Source: Azolla caroliniana (lineage: Eukaryota > Plantae > Polypodiophyta). Taken from it: DNA of 35,091 nt. The notes under the pieces were generated by a model. The model had not been told where the DNA came from and ran no database searches. It worked only from the letters and a program-made list of their open reading frames with translations. Each line of letters starts with the position of its first letter. The first letter of the stretch is position 1. Of this stretch, positions 14,101 to 27,340 are shown in pieces. The translations under genes were made by a program, and so were the position numbers. The stretch is from contig JBHGNT010000321.1 of assembly GCA_043228905.1 (NCBI GenBank), positions 1 to 35,091 on the forward strand, written 5' to 3'.

Positions 14101-17100
14101 GAGTAATGGGATTAAGTTTAGAATTTGATGTTAGGAGAAAAAAATCAAAGTAAAGTTCCTTATCAATCCTTCAAACATAATATTGATTATTTTGTTAATT
14201 GTACATTATTGTAACACCTACTTTAGGTCTTGAGTTATTCGGTTATCAAACAGTTTACACATGATATGCGTCGGAAATTTTATATCTGATATTGTCCTTT
14301 CTATTCCCGTTAGTTGAACCCGGGTCTCTTGTGTGAGAGCTAAGTATTCTAACGAAATAGACTACAATGGATCAGATCTGTTGCTCTTTTTAATATTGTG
14401 ATCATTGATTAGTAATAAATAATATTTATGTATTGCGCAAGCATCAACGAGAAACAGAGGATTATTCTAACACACTCTCATTTTTAAGATTTAATAAGTT
14501 CACCGGTTTTTATCGATGTCAAATTAACTCATGAGCTATGATGTATCTAGTTTTTCATATGCCTGTACTTATAGCCACGCGTCTCGGGCAAAAATCAACG
14601 ATTCGAGGCATCTTGATTACAATGGAATTCATTTAGTAAATGAGTTAGTGAATGTACTATTCTAGTGCTATGCTATAAATAAAGAAAAATGGTACCATGC
14701 TTGTCGACAGTTGAAGATTATTCTGCAATCTATGCGTATTGTTTGAAATTGAATCAAGTTATCTAAACTATAATTGTTGTTGTACTAATTTATCGTAATA
14801 ATGTTGAGAAATAACCATATAATATTTTCTTCTTGTTGTTGTCCCGAATAACATAATATTTTGTCCAATTTTATTCGAAACCTCTAACATTCGAAACCTC
14901 CAATTTTGACGAATAACCACAACCAAATATACTTCTTTTTGTTGTCTCGAACAACATAATGTTTTGTCCAATTTCATTGGAATGCTCTACCATTAATCGA
15001 ATAATGGGATTAAGTTTAGAAATTGATGTTACGAGAAGAAAATCAAAGTAAAGTCCATCATCAATCGTTGAAACATAAAATTGATTATATTGTTAATTGT
15101 ACATTATTGTAATACCTACTTTAGGACTTCAGTTTTTGAGTTATCAAACAGTTAACACATGATATGCATCGGAAATTAAATATATGATAATATCGTTTCC
15201 ATTCCCGGGAATTGAACCCGGATCTCTCGAGTGAGAGCCAAGTATCCTAACCAACTAGACTACAATGGATCACATCTTGTGCAATCATTGCTTAGTAATA
15301 AATAATATTTATATATTGCGCAAGCATCAACAAATAACTGAGGATTATTCTAACACACTCTCGTTTTTAAGATTTAATCATTTCAAGGGTTTTTCTCGAT
15401 GCCACATTAACTCATGATCTTTGATGTATCTAGTTTTTGAGTTATCAAACAATTAACACATGACAAGCGTCGCAAATTTTGATATATGATATTGTCCTTT
15501 ATAATCCCGGGAGTTGAACAAGGGTTGCTCGTGTGAGAGCCGAGTATCCTAACCAACTAGACTATAATGGATCACATTTTTTGCACTTTTTAATATTGCA
15601 ATCATTGAGTAGTAATAAACAATATTGATATATTTCACAAGCATCAACGAGAAACAGAGGATTCTTCTAATACACTCTCGTTGTTAAAGTTTAATAATTT
15701 CAAGGGTTTTTATAAATGGCACAATACCTCATGATCTATGATGTATATAGTTTTCCCAATGCCTATTGATGTACCCGGGAGTGTCGTGTAAAATACAAGG
15801 ATCCGATCCAACTAGACTACAATGGAACTCATTGAGTAAATGAATTAGTTAATGTAATATTCTAGTGCCTTGCTTCAAATAAAGAAACATGGTGCAATGA
15901 TCATCGAGAGTTCACTATAATTCTACAATCTATGCGCATTTTTGGAAATTGTATCAAGCTACCCAAACTATAATTGTCAGTGTATTAATTTGTCGTAACG
16001 ATGTTGAGGAATATCCACGTCTAAATATATTGCTTTTTCTTGTACTGAAATACATAATGTTATGTCAAATTTCATATGACACCTCTACTTTTAATTGAAT
16101 AATGGGATTAAGTTTAGAAATTAATGTGAGGAGAAAAAAATCAAAGTATAGTTGTTTATCAATCCTTCAAACATAATATTGATTATTTTGTTAATTGTAC
16201 ATTATTGTAACAACTACTTTAGGTCTTCAGTTTTTCAGTTATCGAACAGTTAACACGTGACATGCATCGCAAAATATGATATATGATATTGTCTTTTCTA
16301 TTGGTGGGAGTTGAACTAGGGTCTCTCGATAGTTGACCATTATTCTACAATCTATGCGTAAAAAAACAAGGATCCGAACCAACTAGACTACAATGGAATT
16401 TATTTGCTAAATGAATTAGTTAATGTAATATTCTAGTGCTTTGCTTCAAATAAAGAAATATGGTGCAATGTTGATCAAGAGTTCACCATTATTCTACAAT
16501 CTATGCGTATTTTTGGAAATTCTATCAGGTTATCCAAACTATAATTGTCAGTGTACTAATTTTTCGTAACCATATTGAGAAACAACCACGACTAAATATA
16601 TTGCTTCTTCTTGTCGCGAACAACATAATATTTTGTCACATTTAATTTGAAACCTCTACTATTAATTGAATAATGTGATTAAGTTTAGAAATTGATGTTA
16701 GGAGAAAAAAAGGAAAGCAATGTTTGTCATCAATCCTTCAAACATAATATTGATTATTTTGTTAATTGTACATTATTGTAACATCTACTTTAGGTCTTGA
16801 GTTTTTGAGTTATCCAACAGTTAACACAAGATATGCCTCGGAAATTTAATATACGATATTCTAGTTTTCATTGTTGGGAGTTGAACCCGGGTCTCTCAAG
16901 TGAGAGCTGAGTATTCTAACTAGCTAGACTTCAATGGATCACATATTGTACACTTTTTAAAATTGCAATCATTGATTAGTAATAAATAATATTTATATAT
17001 TGTGCAAGCATCAACAAGAAACAGAGGATTATTCTAACACACTCTCGTTTTTAAGATTTAATAAGCTCACCGGTTTTTTTATCGATGGCAAATTAACTCA

Positions 17101-20100
17101 TGAGCATTGATATATCTAGTTTTTCCTATGCCTGTACTTGTACCCACGTGTCTTGGGTAAAAATCAACGATTCCAGGCATCTCGATTACATAAGAATTCA
17201 TTTAGTAAATGAGTTACTTAATGCACTACTCTAGTGCCATGCTCCAAATATAAAAAAATGGTGCAATGCTTGTCGACAGTTGAACATTATTCTGCAATCT
17301 ATGCAAATTGTTTGAAATTGTATCAAGCTATGTAAAGTATAATTGTTGGGGTACAAATTTATCGAACAATGTTGAGGAATAACCACAACTAAATATACTT
17401 CTTCTTGTTGTCCCGAACAACATATTAGTTTGTCCAATTTCATTCGAAACCTCTACCATTAATTGAATAATGGAATTAAGTTTAGAAATTGATGTTAGGA
17501 GACGAAAATCAAAGTAAAGTTCGTCATCAGTCGTTGAAACATAAAATTCTTTATTTTGTTAATTGTACATTATTGTATCACCTACTTTAGGGCTTGATTT
17601 TTTCAGTTATCAAACAATTAACACCTGATATGCGTCGGAAATTTAATAAAGGATATTGTCGTTTCCATTGCCGGGAGTTGAACCGGGGTCTCTCAGGTGA
17701 GGGCCGAGTATCCTAACCAACTAGACTATCGTGGATCACATCTTGTGTGCTTTTTAATCTTGCTATCACTTATTAGAAATAAATAATATTTATATATTGC
17801 GCAAGCATCAACATAAAACTAAAGATTATTCTAATGCACTCTCATTTTTAAGATTTAATAATTTCAAGGGTTTTTCTCAATGCCATATTAACTAATTATA
17901 TAGGATATATCTACTTGTACCCGGGCGTCTCAGGTAAAAAGCAAGGATCTGAGGCAACTTGATTACAATGGTGTTCATTTAGTAAATGACTTAGTTAATG
18001 TACCATTTTAGTCCTTTGTTAGAAATAAAGAAACATGGTGCAATATTCACCGACATTTGACCATTATTCTGCAATCTATGCGTATTGTTTAAAATTCTAT
18101 CGAATTATCCAAACTATAATTGTCGGTGTACTAATTTGTCGTAACATAGTTGTGGAATAACCAGAACTAAATATACTGCATCTTGTTATCCCAAACAACA
18201 TAATGTTAGGTCTTCAGTTTTTGAGTTATCGAGCACTTAACACATGACATGCGTTGCAAAATATGATATATGATATTGTCTTTTCTATTGGTGGGAGCTG
18301 AACCCAGCTCTCTCGACAGTTGACCATTATTCTGCAATCTATGCGTAAAAAAACAAGGATCCGAACCAACTAGACTACAATGGAATTTATTTAGTAAATG
18401 AAGTAGTCAATGTAATATTCTAGTGCTTTGCTTCAAATAAAGAAATATGGTGCAATGTTGATCGAGAGTTCACCATTATTCTACAATCTATGCGTATTTT
18501 TGGATATTCTATCAAGTTATTCAAACTATCATTGTCGGTGTACTAATTTGTCGTAACCATGTTGAGAAATAACCACGACTAAATATACTGCTTCTTCTTG
18601 TACCCAACAACATATTATTTTGTCAAATTTCATTTGAAACCTCTACTATTAATTGAATAATGGGATTAAGTTTAGATATTGATGTTAGGAGAAAAAAATG
18701 AAAGCAAAGTTCGTCATCAATCCTTCAAACATAATATTGATTATATTGTTAATTCTACATTATTGTAACATCTACTTTAGCTCTTGAGTTTTTGAGTTAT
18801 CCAACAGTTAACACAAGATATGCCTCGCAAATTTAATATATGATATTGTCGTTTTCATTGCCGGGAGTTGAACCCGGGTCTCTCAAGTGAGAGCTGAGTA
18901 TTCTAACTAGCTAGACTTCAGTGGATCACATATTGTACACTTTTTAAAATGCAATCATTGATTAGTATTAAATAATATTTATATATTGCGCAAGCATCAA
19001 CAAGAAACAGAGGATTATTCTAACACACTCTCGTTTTTAAGATTTAATAATTTCACGAGTTTTTACGATGCCAAATTAACTTATCATGTATGATGTATAT
19101 AGTTTTTCCTATGCATGTGCTTGTAACCGCAGGTCTTGGGTAAAAATACACGATTCGAGGCCACTTGATTACAATCGAATAATGGGATTAAGTTTAGAAA
19201 TTCTGGTTAGGAGGAGAAAATAAAAGTAAAGTTCTTTATCAATCCTTCAAACATAATATTGATTATTTTGTTAACTGTACATTATTGTAACACCTACTTT
19301 AGGTCTTGAGTTATTGAGTTATCAAATAGTTAACACATGATATGCTTCGAAAATTTAATATATGATATTGTCGTGTCCATTGCCGGTAGTTGAACCCGGG
19401 TCTCTCTAGTGAGAGTTGAGTATCCAAACCAACTAGAGTACAATGGATCACATTTTCTGTGCTTTGTAATATTACAATCATTGATTAGAAATCAATACTA
19501 TTTATATTTTGTGCAAGCATCAACGAAAAACTGAGGATTATTCTAACACCACTCTCGTTTTTAAGATTTAATAGTTTCACGGGTTTTTATCTAGTTTTTC
19601 CTATGCATGTGCTTGTACCCACGCGTCTGCGACAAAAATCAACGATTCGAACCAACTTCATTACAATGGAATTCACTGACTAAATGAATTAGTTAATGTA
19701 CTATTCTAGTGCTTTGCTATAAACAAAGAAACATGGTGCAATGCTAGTCAACAGTTGACCATTATTTTGCAATCTATGCATATTGTTTGAAATTGTATCA
19801 TGTTATCGAAACTATAATTCTTGGTGTAGTAATTTGTGGTAACAATGTTGAGGAATAACCACAACTAAATATACTGGTTCTTCTTGTCCCAAACAACATA
19901 ATGTTTCGTCAAATTTCATTTGAAACCACTAGTATTAATTGAATAAGGGGATTAAGTTTAGAAATTGACGTTAGGAAAAAAAATCAAACTAAAATTCTTT
20001 ATCAATCCATCAAACATAATATTGATTATTTTGTTAATTGTACATCATTGTAACTACTTTAGGTCTTAAACTTTTGAGTTATCAAACTGTTAACACATAA

Positions 20101-20135
20101 CATGCATTGCAAAATTTAATATATGATATTGTCTT

Positions 20136-20208
20136 GTCTATTCCCGGGAGTTGAACCCGGGTCTCTCGTGTGAGAGCCGAGTATTCTAACCAAGTAGACT
20201 ACAATGGA
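20136..20208 (-). pseudogene. tRNA-Glu(CTC) pseudogene, representative of the 'tctattc' subfamily
   Basis: The 3' acceptor strand GAATAGA mispairs with TCCATTG at two positions. The same variant is shared with copies at ~650, 8128, 10238, 14300, 33114 and 34478. Confidence 0.75.
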
Positions 20209-20391
20209 TCACATCTTGTGCACTTTTTAATATTGCAATCATTTATTGGTAATAAATAATATTTATTTATTGCGCAAGCATCAACGAGAAACTGAAGATT
20301 ATTATAACCCACTCTAGTTTTTAAGATTTAATAATTTCAAGGTTTTTTGTCAATGTGACATTACCTCATGATCTATGATGTATCTAGTTTT

Positions 20392-20463
20392 CCCAATGCC
20401 TATTGTTGTACCCAGGAGTCTCGTGTAAAAAACAAGGATCCGAACCAACTAGACTACAATGGA
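20392..20463 (-). pseudogene. Second, decayed tRNA-Glu-derived copy within the unit (representative; also 2062, 5133, 9169 and others)
   Basis: Its consensus tccaatgcctattgttgtacccgggagtctcgtgtaaaaaacaaggatccgaaccaactagactacaatgga aligns without gaps to the 72-nt tRNA consensus at 56/72 by hand count. It lies 255 bp from the primary copy (20137->20392, 8914->9169). Confidence 0.85.
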
Positions 20464-23400
20464 ATTCATTTAGTAAATAAATTACTTAATGTACTATTCT
20501 AGTGCTTTGCTACAAAAAAAGAAACATGCTGCAATGCTTGTCGACAGTTGACTATTATTTTGCAATCTATTACAATCATAGATTAGTATAGATATATTAC
20601 AATCATAGATTAGTAATAAGTAATCTCTATATATTGTGCAAGCATCAACGAGAAACTGAGGATTATTCTTACACACTCTCGTTTTTAAGATTTAATAATT
20701 TGAATGGTTTTTATCGATGCGACATTACCTCATGATGTATGATGTATCTAGTTTTTCCAATGCTTATTGTTGTAGCCGGGAGTCTCGTGTAAAAAACAAT
20801 TATCCGAACCAACTAGAAAACAATGGAATTCATTTAGTAAATGAATTAGTTAATGTTATATTCAAGTGCTTTCGTTCAAATAAAGAAACATGGTACAATG
20901 CTCATCGAGAATTCACCATTATTCGACAATCTATGTGTAGTTTTAGAAATTGTATCAAGTTATCCAAACTATAATTCTTGGCGTACTAATTTATCGTAAC
21001 AATGTTGAGGAATAACCACAACTAAATATACTGCTTCTTCTTGTCCCAAACAACATCATGTTTTGTCAAATTTCATTTGAAACCTCTACCATTAATCGAA
21101 TAATGGGATTAAGTTTAGAAATTGATGTTCGGAGAGAAATATGAAAGTAAAGTTCGTCATCAATCCTTCAAACATAATATTGATTGTTTGGTTAATTTGA
21201 CATTATTGTAACATTTACTTTAGGTCTTGAGTTTTTGAGTTATCAAACAGATAACGCATTATCTGTGTCGGAAATTTAATATATGACATTGTCGTTTCCA
21301 TTGCCTGGAGTTGAATCGGGGTCTCTCGGGTGAGAGCCGAGTATCCTAACCAACTAGACAACAATGGATCACATTTTGTGTGCTTTTTAATATTTCAATC
21401 ATTGATTAGAAATAAATAATATTTATATTTTGCGCAAGCATCAACGAAAAATAGAGGATTATTCTACCACACTCTCGTTTTTAAGATTTAATAATTTAAA
21501 GGGTTATTCTCGATGCCACATTAACTCATGATATCTGATGGGAGTCTAGTGTAACAAACAAGGATCCGAACCAACTAGACTACAATGGAATTCATTAGTA
21601 AATGAATTAGTTAATCTAATATTCTAGTGCTTTACTTCAAATAAAGAAACATGTTGCAATGCTCATCAAGAATTCCTCTCTATTCGGCAATCTATGCGTA
21701 TTTTTGGAAATTGTATCAAGTTATCTAAACTATAATTGTTGGTGTACTAATTTGTCTTAACAATGTTCAGGAATAACCACGACTAAATATACTGCTTCTT
21801 CTTGTCGCGTACAACATAATATTTTGTCAAATTTCATTTGAAACCTCTACTATTAATTGAATAATGGGATTAAGTTTAGAAATTGATGTGAGGAGAAAAA
21901 AAACAAAGCAAAGTTCTTTATCAACTACTTTACGTCTTGAGTTTCAGAGTTATCAAACTGTTAAGACATGACATGCATTGCAAAATTTTATATATGATGT
22001 TGTCCTTTCTATATCCGAGGGTTGAACCCGGGTCTCTGAAGTGAGAGGCGAGTATTCTAACCAACTAGACTACAATGGATCACATCTTCTACACTTTTAA
22101 ACATTGCAATCACCGATTACTAATAAATAATATTTATATATTGCTTAAGCATCAATGAAAAACTGAGGATTGTTCTAAAAGACTGTCATTTTTAAGATCT
22201 AATAACTTCACTGCTTTTTATCGATGCCACATTAACGTATGATATGTAATGTATCTAGTTTTTCCTATCGCGTTTCGAGTAAGAATCAACGATTCGAGGC
22301 AACTTGATTACAATGGAATTCATTTAGTAAATAAATTAGTTAATTTACTATTCTAGTGCTTTGCCACAAATAAAGAAACATGGTGCAATGCTTGTCAACA
22401 GTTGAGCATTATTTTGCAATCTATGCCTATTGTTTGAAATTGTATTAAGGTATCCAAACTATAATTGTTGGTGTACTAATTTATCATAACAATGTTGAGA
22501 AATAACCACAACTAAACATACTACTTCTTGTTGTCCTGAACAACATAATGTTTGGTCCAATTTCATTCGAAACCTGTACCATTAATCAAATAATGGGATT
22601 AAGTTTAGAAATTGATGTTATGAGAAAAAAATTAAAGTAAAGTTCGTCATCGATCCGTCAAACATAATATTGATTATTTTGTTAATTATACATTAATGTA
22701 AAACCTACTTTAGGTCTTGAGTTATCAAACAGTTAACACATGATATGCGTCGGAAATTTAATATATGATATAGTTGTTTCTATTGCCGGTAGTTGAACAC
22801 GGGTCTCTCGGGTGAAAGCCGAGTATCCTAACCAACTAGACTACAATGGCTCCTATCTTGTGTATAGATATATTGCAATCATAGATTAGTAATAAGTAAT
22901 ATTTATATATTGCGCAAGCATCAACGAGAAATTGAGGATTATTCTAACAGACTCTCGTTTTTAAGATTTAATAATGTGAATGGTTCTTATCGATACGACA
23001 TTACCTCATGATCTATGATGTATCTAGTTTTTCCAATGCCTATTGTTGTACCCGGAAGTCTCGTGTAAAAAACAAGGATCCGAACCAACTAGTCTAGAAT
23101 AGAATTCATTTAGTAAATGAATTAGTTAATGTAATATTCTACTGCTTTGCTTCAAATAAAGAACTATGGTGCAATGTTGATCAAGGGTTCAGCATTATTC
23201 TACAATCTATGTGTATTGTTAGAAATTGTATCAAGTTATCCAAACTATAATTCTTGGTGCACCAATTTGTTGTGACCATATTGAGAAATAACTACGACTA
23301 AATATACTGCTTCTTCTTGTCCCGAACAACCTAATGTTTTGTCAAATTTCATTTGAAACGTCTACTATTAATTGAATAATGAGATTAAGTTTAGAAATTG

Positions 23401-26400
23401 ATGTTAGGAGAAAAACCTTAATGTAAAGTTCTTTCTTAATCCTTCAAACATAATATTCATTATTATGTTAATTGTACATTATTGTAACAACTACTTTAGG
23501 GCTTCAGTTTTTATGTTATCAAACAATTAACACATGACATGTGTCGCAAAATTTGATATATGATATTGTCTTTTTCATTACCGGGAGTGGAACCCGGGTC
23601 TCTCGGGTGAGAGCTCAGTATTCTAACCAACTAGTCTACAATGGATCACATCTTGTGTGCTTTGTAATATTGTAATCATTAATTAGAAATAAATAATATT
23701 TATATATTGCGCGAGCATCAACGAAAAAGTGAGAATTATTCTAACACACTGTCATTTTTAAGATTTAATAATTTCAAGGGTTTTTATCGATGCCACATTA
23801 ACTCATGATATATGATATATCTACTTGTACCCGAGCGTGTTAGGTAAGACAACAAAAATCCGCCGCAACTTGATTACAATGGAATTCATTTAGTAAATGA
23901 ATTAGTTAATGTACCATTCTAGTCCTTTGTTACAAAGAAAGAAACATTGTGCAATGATCATCGACAGTTGACTATAATATTTCAATCTATGCGTATTGTT
24001 AGAAATTGTATCAAGTTATTGAAACTATAATTTTTGGTGTACTAATTTGTCGTAACAATGTTGAGGAATAACCAAAACTAAATATACTGCTTCTTCTTGT
24101 CCCGAACAACATAATCTTTCGTCAAATTTGATTTGGAACCTCTAATATTAATTGAATAATGGGATTAAGTTTAGAAATTGATGTTAGGAGAAAAAAACCA
24201 AAGTAAAAGTCTTTATCAATCCTCCAAACATAATATTGAATATTTTGTTAACTGTACATTATTGTAACCCCTAATTTAGGTCTTGAGTTTTTGAGTTATC
24301 AAACAGTTAACACATGATATGCATCGGAAATTTAATATATGATATTGTTGTTTCCATTGCTGGGAGTTGGACCCGGGTCTCTAAGGTGTGAGCCAAGTAT
24401 CCTAACCAACTAGACTACAATGCATCATATCTAGTGTTCTTTTTAATATTGCTATGATTGATTAGTAATAAATAATATTTATATATTTTGCAAGTATCAA
24501 CGAAAAACTAAGGATTATTATAACACACTCTCATTTATAAGATTTAATAATTTCAAGGGTTTTTATCGATGCCACATTAACTCATCATATATGATATATT
24601 TACTTGTACCAAGGCGTTTCAGGTGAAAAGCAAGGAACCGAGGCAACTTGATTAGAATGGAATTTATTTAGTAAATGAATTAGTTAATGTACCATTCTAG
24701 TCCTTTGTTACAAATAAAGAAACATGGTGCAATACTCATCAACAGTTAACCATTATTCTGCAATCTATGCGTATTGTTTGAAATTGTATCAAGTTATCCA
24801 AACTATGATTGCTGGTATACTCAATTCTCGTAACAATGTTGAGCAATAACCACAACTAAATATACTACTTCTAATTGTGCTGAAAAACATAATGTTTTGA
24901 CCAATTTCATTTGAAACCTCTACCATTAATTGAATAATGGGATTAAGTTTAGAAATAGATGTTAGGAGAAAAAGTTCATCATCAATCCTTCAAACATAAT
25001 CTTCAGTTTTGGAGTTACAAACACTTAACACATGATATGTGTCGGAAATTTAATATATGATATTGTCATTTCCATTGTTGGGAGTTGAACCCGGATCTCT
25101 CAGGTGAGAGCCAAGTATCCTAAACAACTAGACTACAATGTATCATTGTACTTTTTAATATTGCAATCATTGATTAGTAATAAATAATATTTATATATTG
25201 CTTAAACAAGGATTTGAACCAACTAGACTACAATGGAATTCATTTAGTAAATGATTTAGTTAATGTAATATTCTAGTGGTTTAATTTAAATAAAGAAACA
25301 TGGTGCAATGCTCATCGAGAGTTTACCATTATTCTGCAATCTATTCGTATTGTTTGAAATTGTATCAAGTTATCCAAACTATAATTGTTGGTGTACTAAT
25401 TTATCGTAACAATGTTGAGGAATAACCACAACTAAATATATTGTTTCTTCTCTTCCCAAACAACATAAAGTTTTGTCAAATTTCATTTGAAACCTCTCCT
25501 ATTAATTGAATAATGGGATTAAATTTAGAAATTGATGTGAGGAGAAAAAAATTAAAGAAAAGTTCTTTATCAATTCTTCAAACATAATATTGATTATTTG
25601 GTTAATTGTACATTATTGTAACTACTTTACGTCTTGAGTTTTTGAGTTATCAAACAGTTAACCCATGACATGCGTCGCAAAATTTGATATATGATATTGT
25701 CTTTTTCATTGTTGAGAGTTGAACTCGGGTCTCTCGGGTGAGAGCCGAGTATCCTAACCAACTAGACTACAATGGATCACATCTTTTGCACTTTTTAATA
25801 TTGCAATCATCGATTTAAAATAAATAATATTTATATACTGTGCACGCCTCAACGAGTAACCGAGGATTATTCTAACACACTCTCCTTTTTAAGATTTAAT
25901 AATTTCAAGCGTTTTTATCGATGCCACATGAACTTATGATCTATGATGTATCTAGTGTTTCCAATGCCTGTAGTTGTACTTGGGCATCTCGGGTAAAAAG
26001 CAAGGATGGACTACATTGGAATTCATTTAGTAAATAAATTAGTTAATGTAATATTCTAGTACTTTACTACAAATAAAGAAACATGGCGCAATGCTCATCG
26101 ACAGTTGACCATTATTTGACAATCTATGCATATTTTTTGAAATTGTATCAACTTGTCCAAACTATAATTTTTGGTGTACTAATTTGCTGTACCAATGTGG
26201 AGGCATAACCCCGACTAAATATATTGTTTCTTCTTGTCCCGAACAACATAATGTTTTGTCAAATTTCATTTGAAACCCCTACCATTAATCAAATAATGGG
26301 ATTAACTTTAGAAATTGATTTTATAAGAAAAAAATCAAAGTAAAGTTCATCATCAATCCTTCAAACATAATATTGATTATTTTGTTAATTGTACATTATT

Positions 26401-26608
26401 GTAACAAGTACTATAGGTATTTCGCAAGCATCACCAAACAACTGTGGATTATTCAAACACACTCTCGTTTTTAAGATTTAATAAGTTCAAGGGTTTTTAT
26501 CGATGCCACATTAACTTAAGATCTATGATGTATATAGTGTTTCCAATGCCTGTAGTTGAACTCGGGCGTCTCGGGTAAAAACCAACGATCCGAACCAACT
26601 AGACTACA

Positions 26609-26890
26609 CGTATCATTTATGTTGGGTCCAAGAAATTCAGGCTACCATTCTCCACAATTTGCGTGATGCTCAAAGTACATACAAGAGGATTGTGAACCGT
26701 CATCACCTAGAATCCTCAAAAAAAATTTATGTGCGGGATCGTGTATGGCTTCTATAACACAACATCAAGACCACTATGCCTCGCGGTAAATTATATTTCC
26801 AACGCTTTGGCCCATACGAGATCACTGGTAATATAAGCGATGTTGCATTTCGTCTTGGCCTCCCTCCTCACATGCATCTTCACCCGGTGT
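26609..26890 (+). mobile_element. Ty3/Gypsy (chromovirus/Tf2-like) integrase C-terminal fragment with GPY/F region
   Basis: Translates as QEIQATILHNLRDAQSTYKRIVNRHH...VRDRVWLL*HNIKTTMPRGKLYFQRFGPYEITGNISDVAFRLGLPPHMHLHPV. It has one stop and is cut off just before the usual FHVS motif. Confidence 0.88.
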
Positions 26891-26910
26891 CCGGAATTCG
26901 AGATTGTTGC

Positions 26911-26913
<3 letters not shown>

Positions 26914-26944
<31 letters not shown>
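26914..26944. repeat. (TC)n microsatellite, ~15 units
   Basis: Directly visible. Confidence 0.95.
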
Positions 26945-26946
<2 letters not shown>

Positions 26947-26991
26947 ATACCTACTTAATTAAAATGATTATGAGATACTACCTTGATCGAT

Positions 26992-27340
26992 TGTTAGTTA
27001 TATACATAATATGCATAATAGAGATGACAAGCAAGGCAGTTGACACATAATATACTCTATCAACCAAAATTATATTACGATAACCAAACGGATCAATCTT
27101 GACACAATGCTCCCGATCCCTTTTTATAGGCGATCTGAGAGACTCTTCCAAGATATACACTTGCCATTCGGCAAGAATCTACAATTACACTAACTGTTCT
27201 ATTTTCTTAACTATTCTATTCTACTACTTGGCAAAAAATATTACTTCAGCTACTTCCTTTCACACTAGTCTTTTACACCTCTGACTCCGACTCCGACTAG
27301 CTTGTCGCCTTGTAGACTTTGTCTAGCCGACCGGCTAACA
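26992..27340 (-). mobile_element. Solo-LTR-like element, 349 bp
   Basis: Perfect 6-bp terminal inverted repeat TGTTAG...CTAACA and an internal TATAAAAA on the minus strand (27121-27128). It begins exactly where Copia similarity stops. Flanks ATCTT/ATCGA match at only 3 of 5 bp, so a TSD is not demonstrated. Confidence 0.65.

Larger units (their letters stand above)
1..26608 (-). repeat. tRNA-Glu-containing tandem satellite array, ~770-800 bp unit (left block)
   Basis: The same motifs recur in the same order throughout, e.g. gggattaagtttagaaattgatgttaggagaaaaa, catttagtaaatgaattagttaatgt and gttgaacccgggtctctcgggtgagagccgagta. tRNA-to-tRNA spacings include 4110->4881 (771), 10238->11032 (794), 22779->23574 (795) and 23574->24353 (779). 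Many units carry deletions. The array continues off the left edge. Confidence 0.98.

Noticed and set aside
1392-20974. Short 60-85 aa ORFs within the array (MLFGTRR..., MKLDK..., MAQYLMIYDV...)
   Set aside because: They are chance frames of the satellite, interrupted by stops and indels in most units, on both strands, with no domain or codon-preserving pattern.
1-26608. CRISPR array or prokaryotic repeat system
   Set aside because: The whole ~790 bp unit is repeated with no unique spacers and no cas genes, and the context is eukaryotic retroelements.
1-26608. 5S rDNA or snRNA array
   Set aside because: The structured element is a 73-nt tRNA cloverleaf. No 5S or U-snRNA sequence was recognised.
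26941-26960. tRNA-iMet primer binding site (minus strand taggtatcaagag)
   Set aside because: It only loosely resembles TGGTATCAGAGC and lies ~40 bp from the inferred LTR end instead of adjacent to it.
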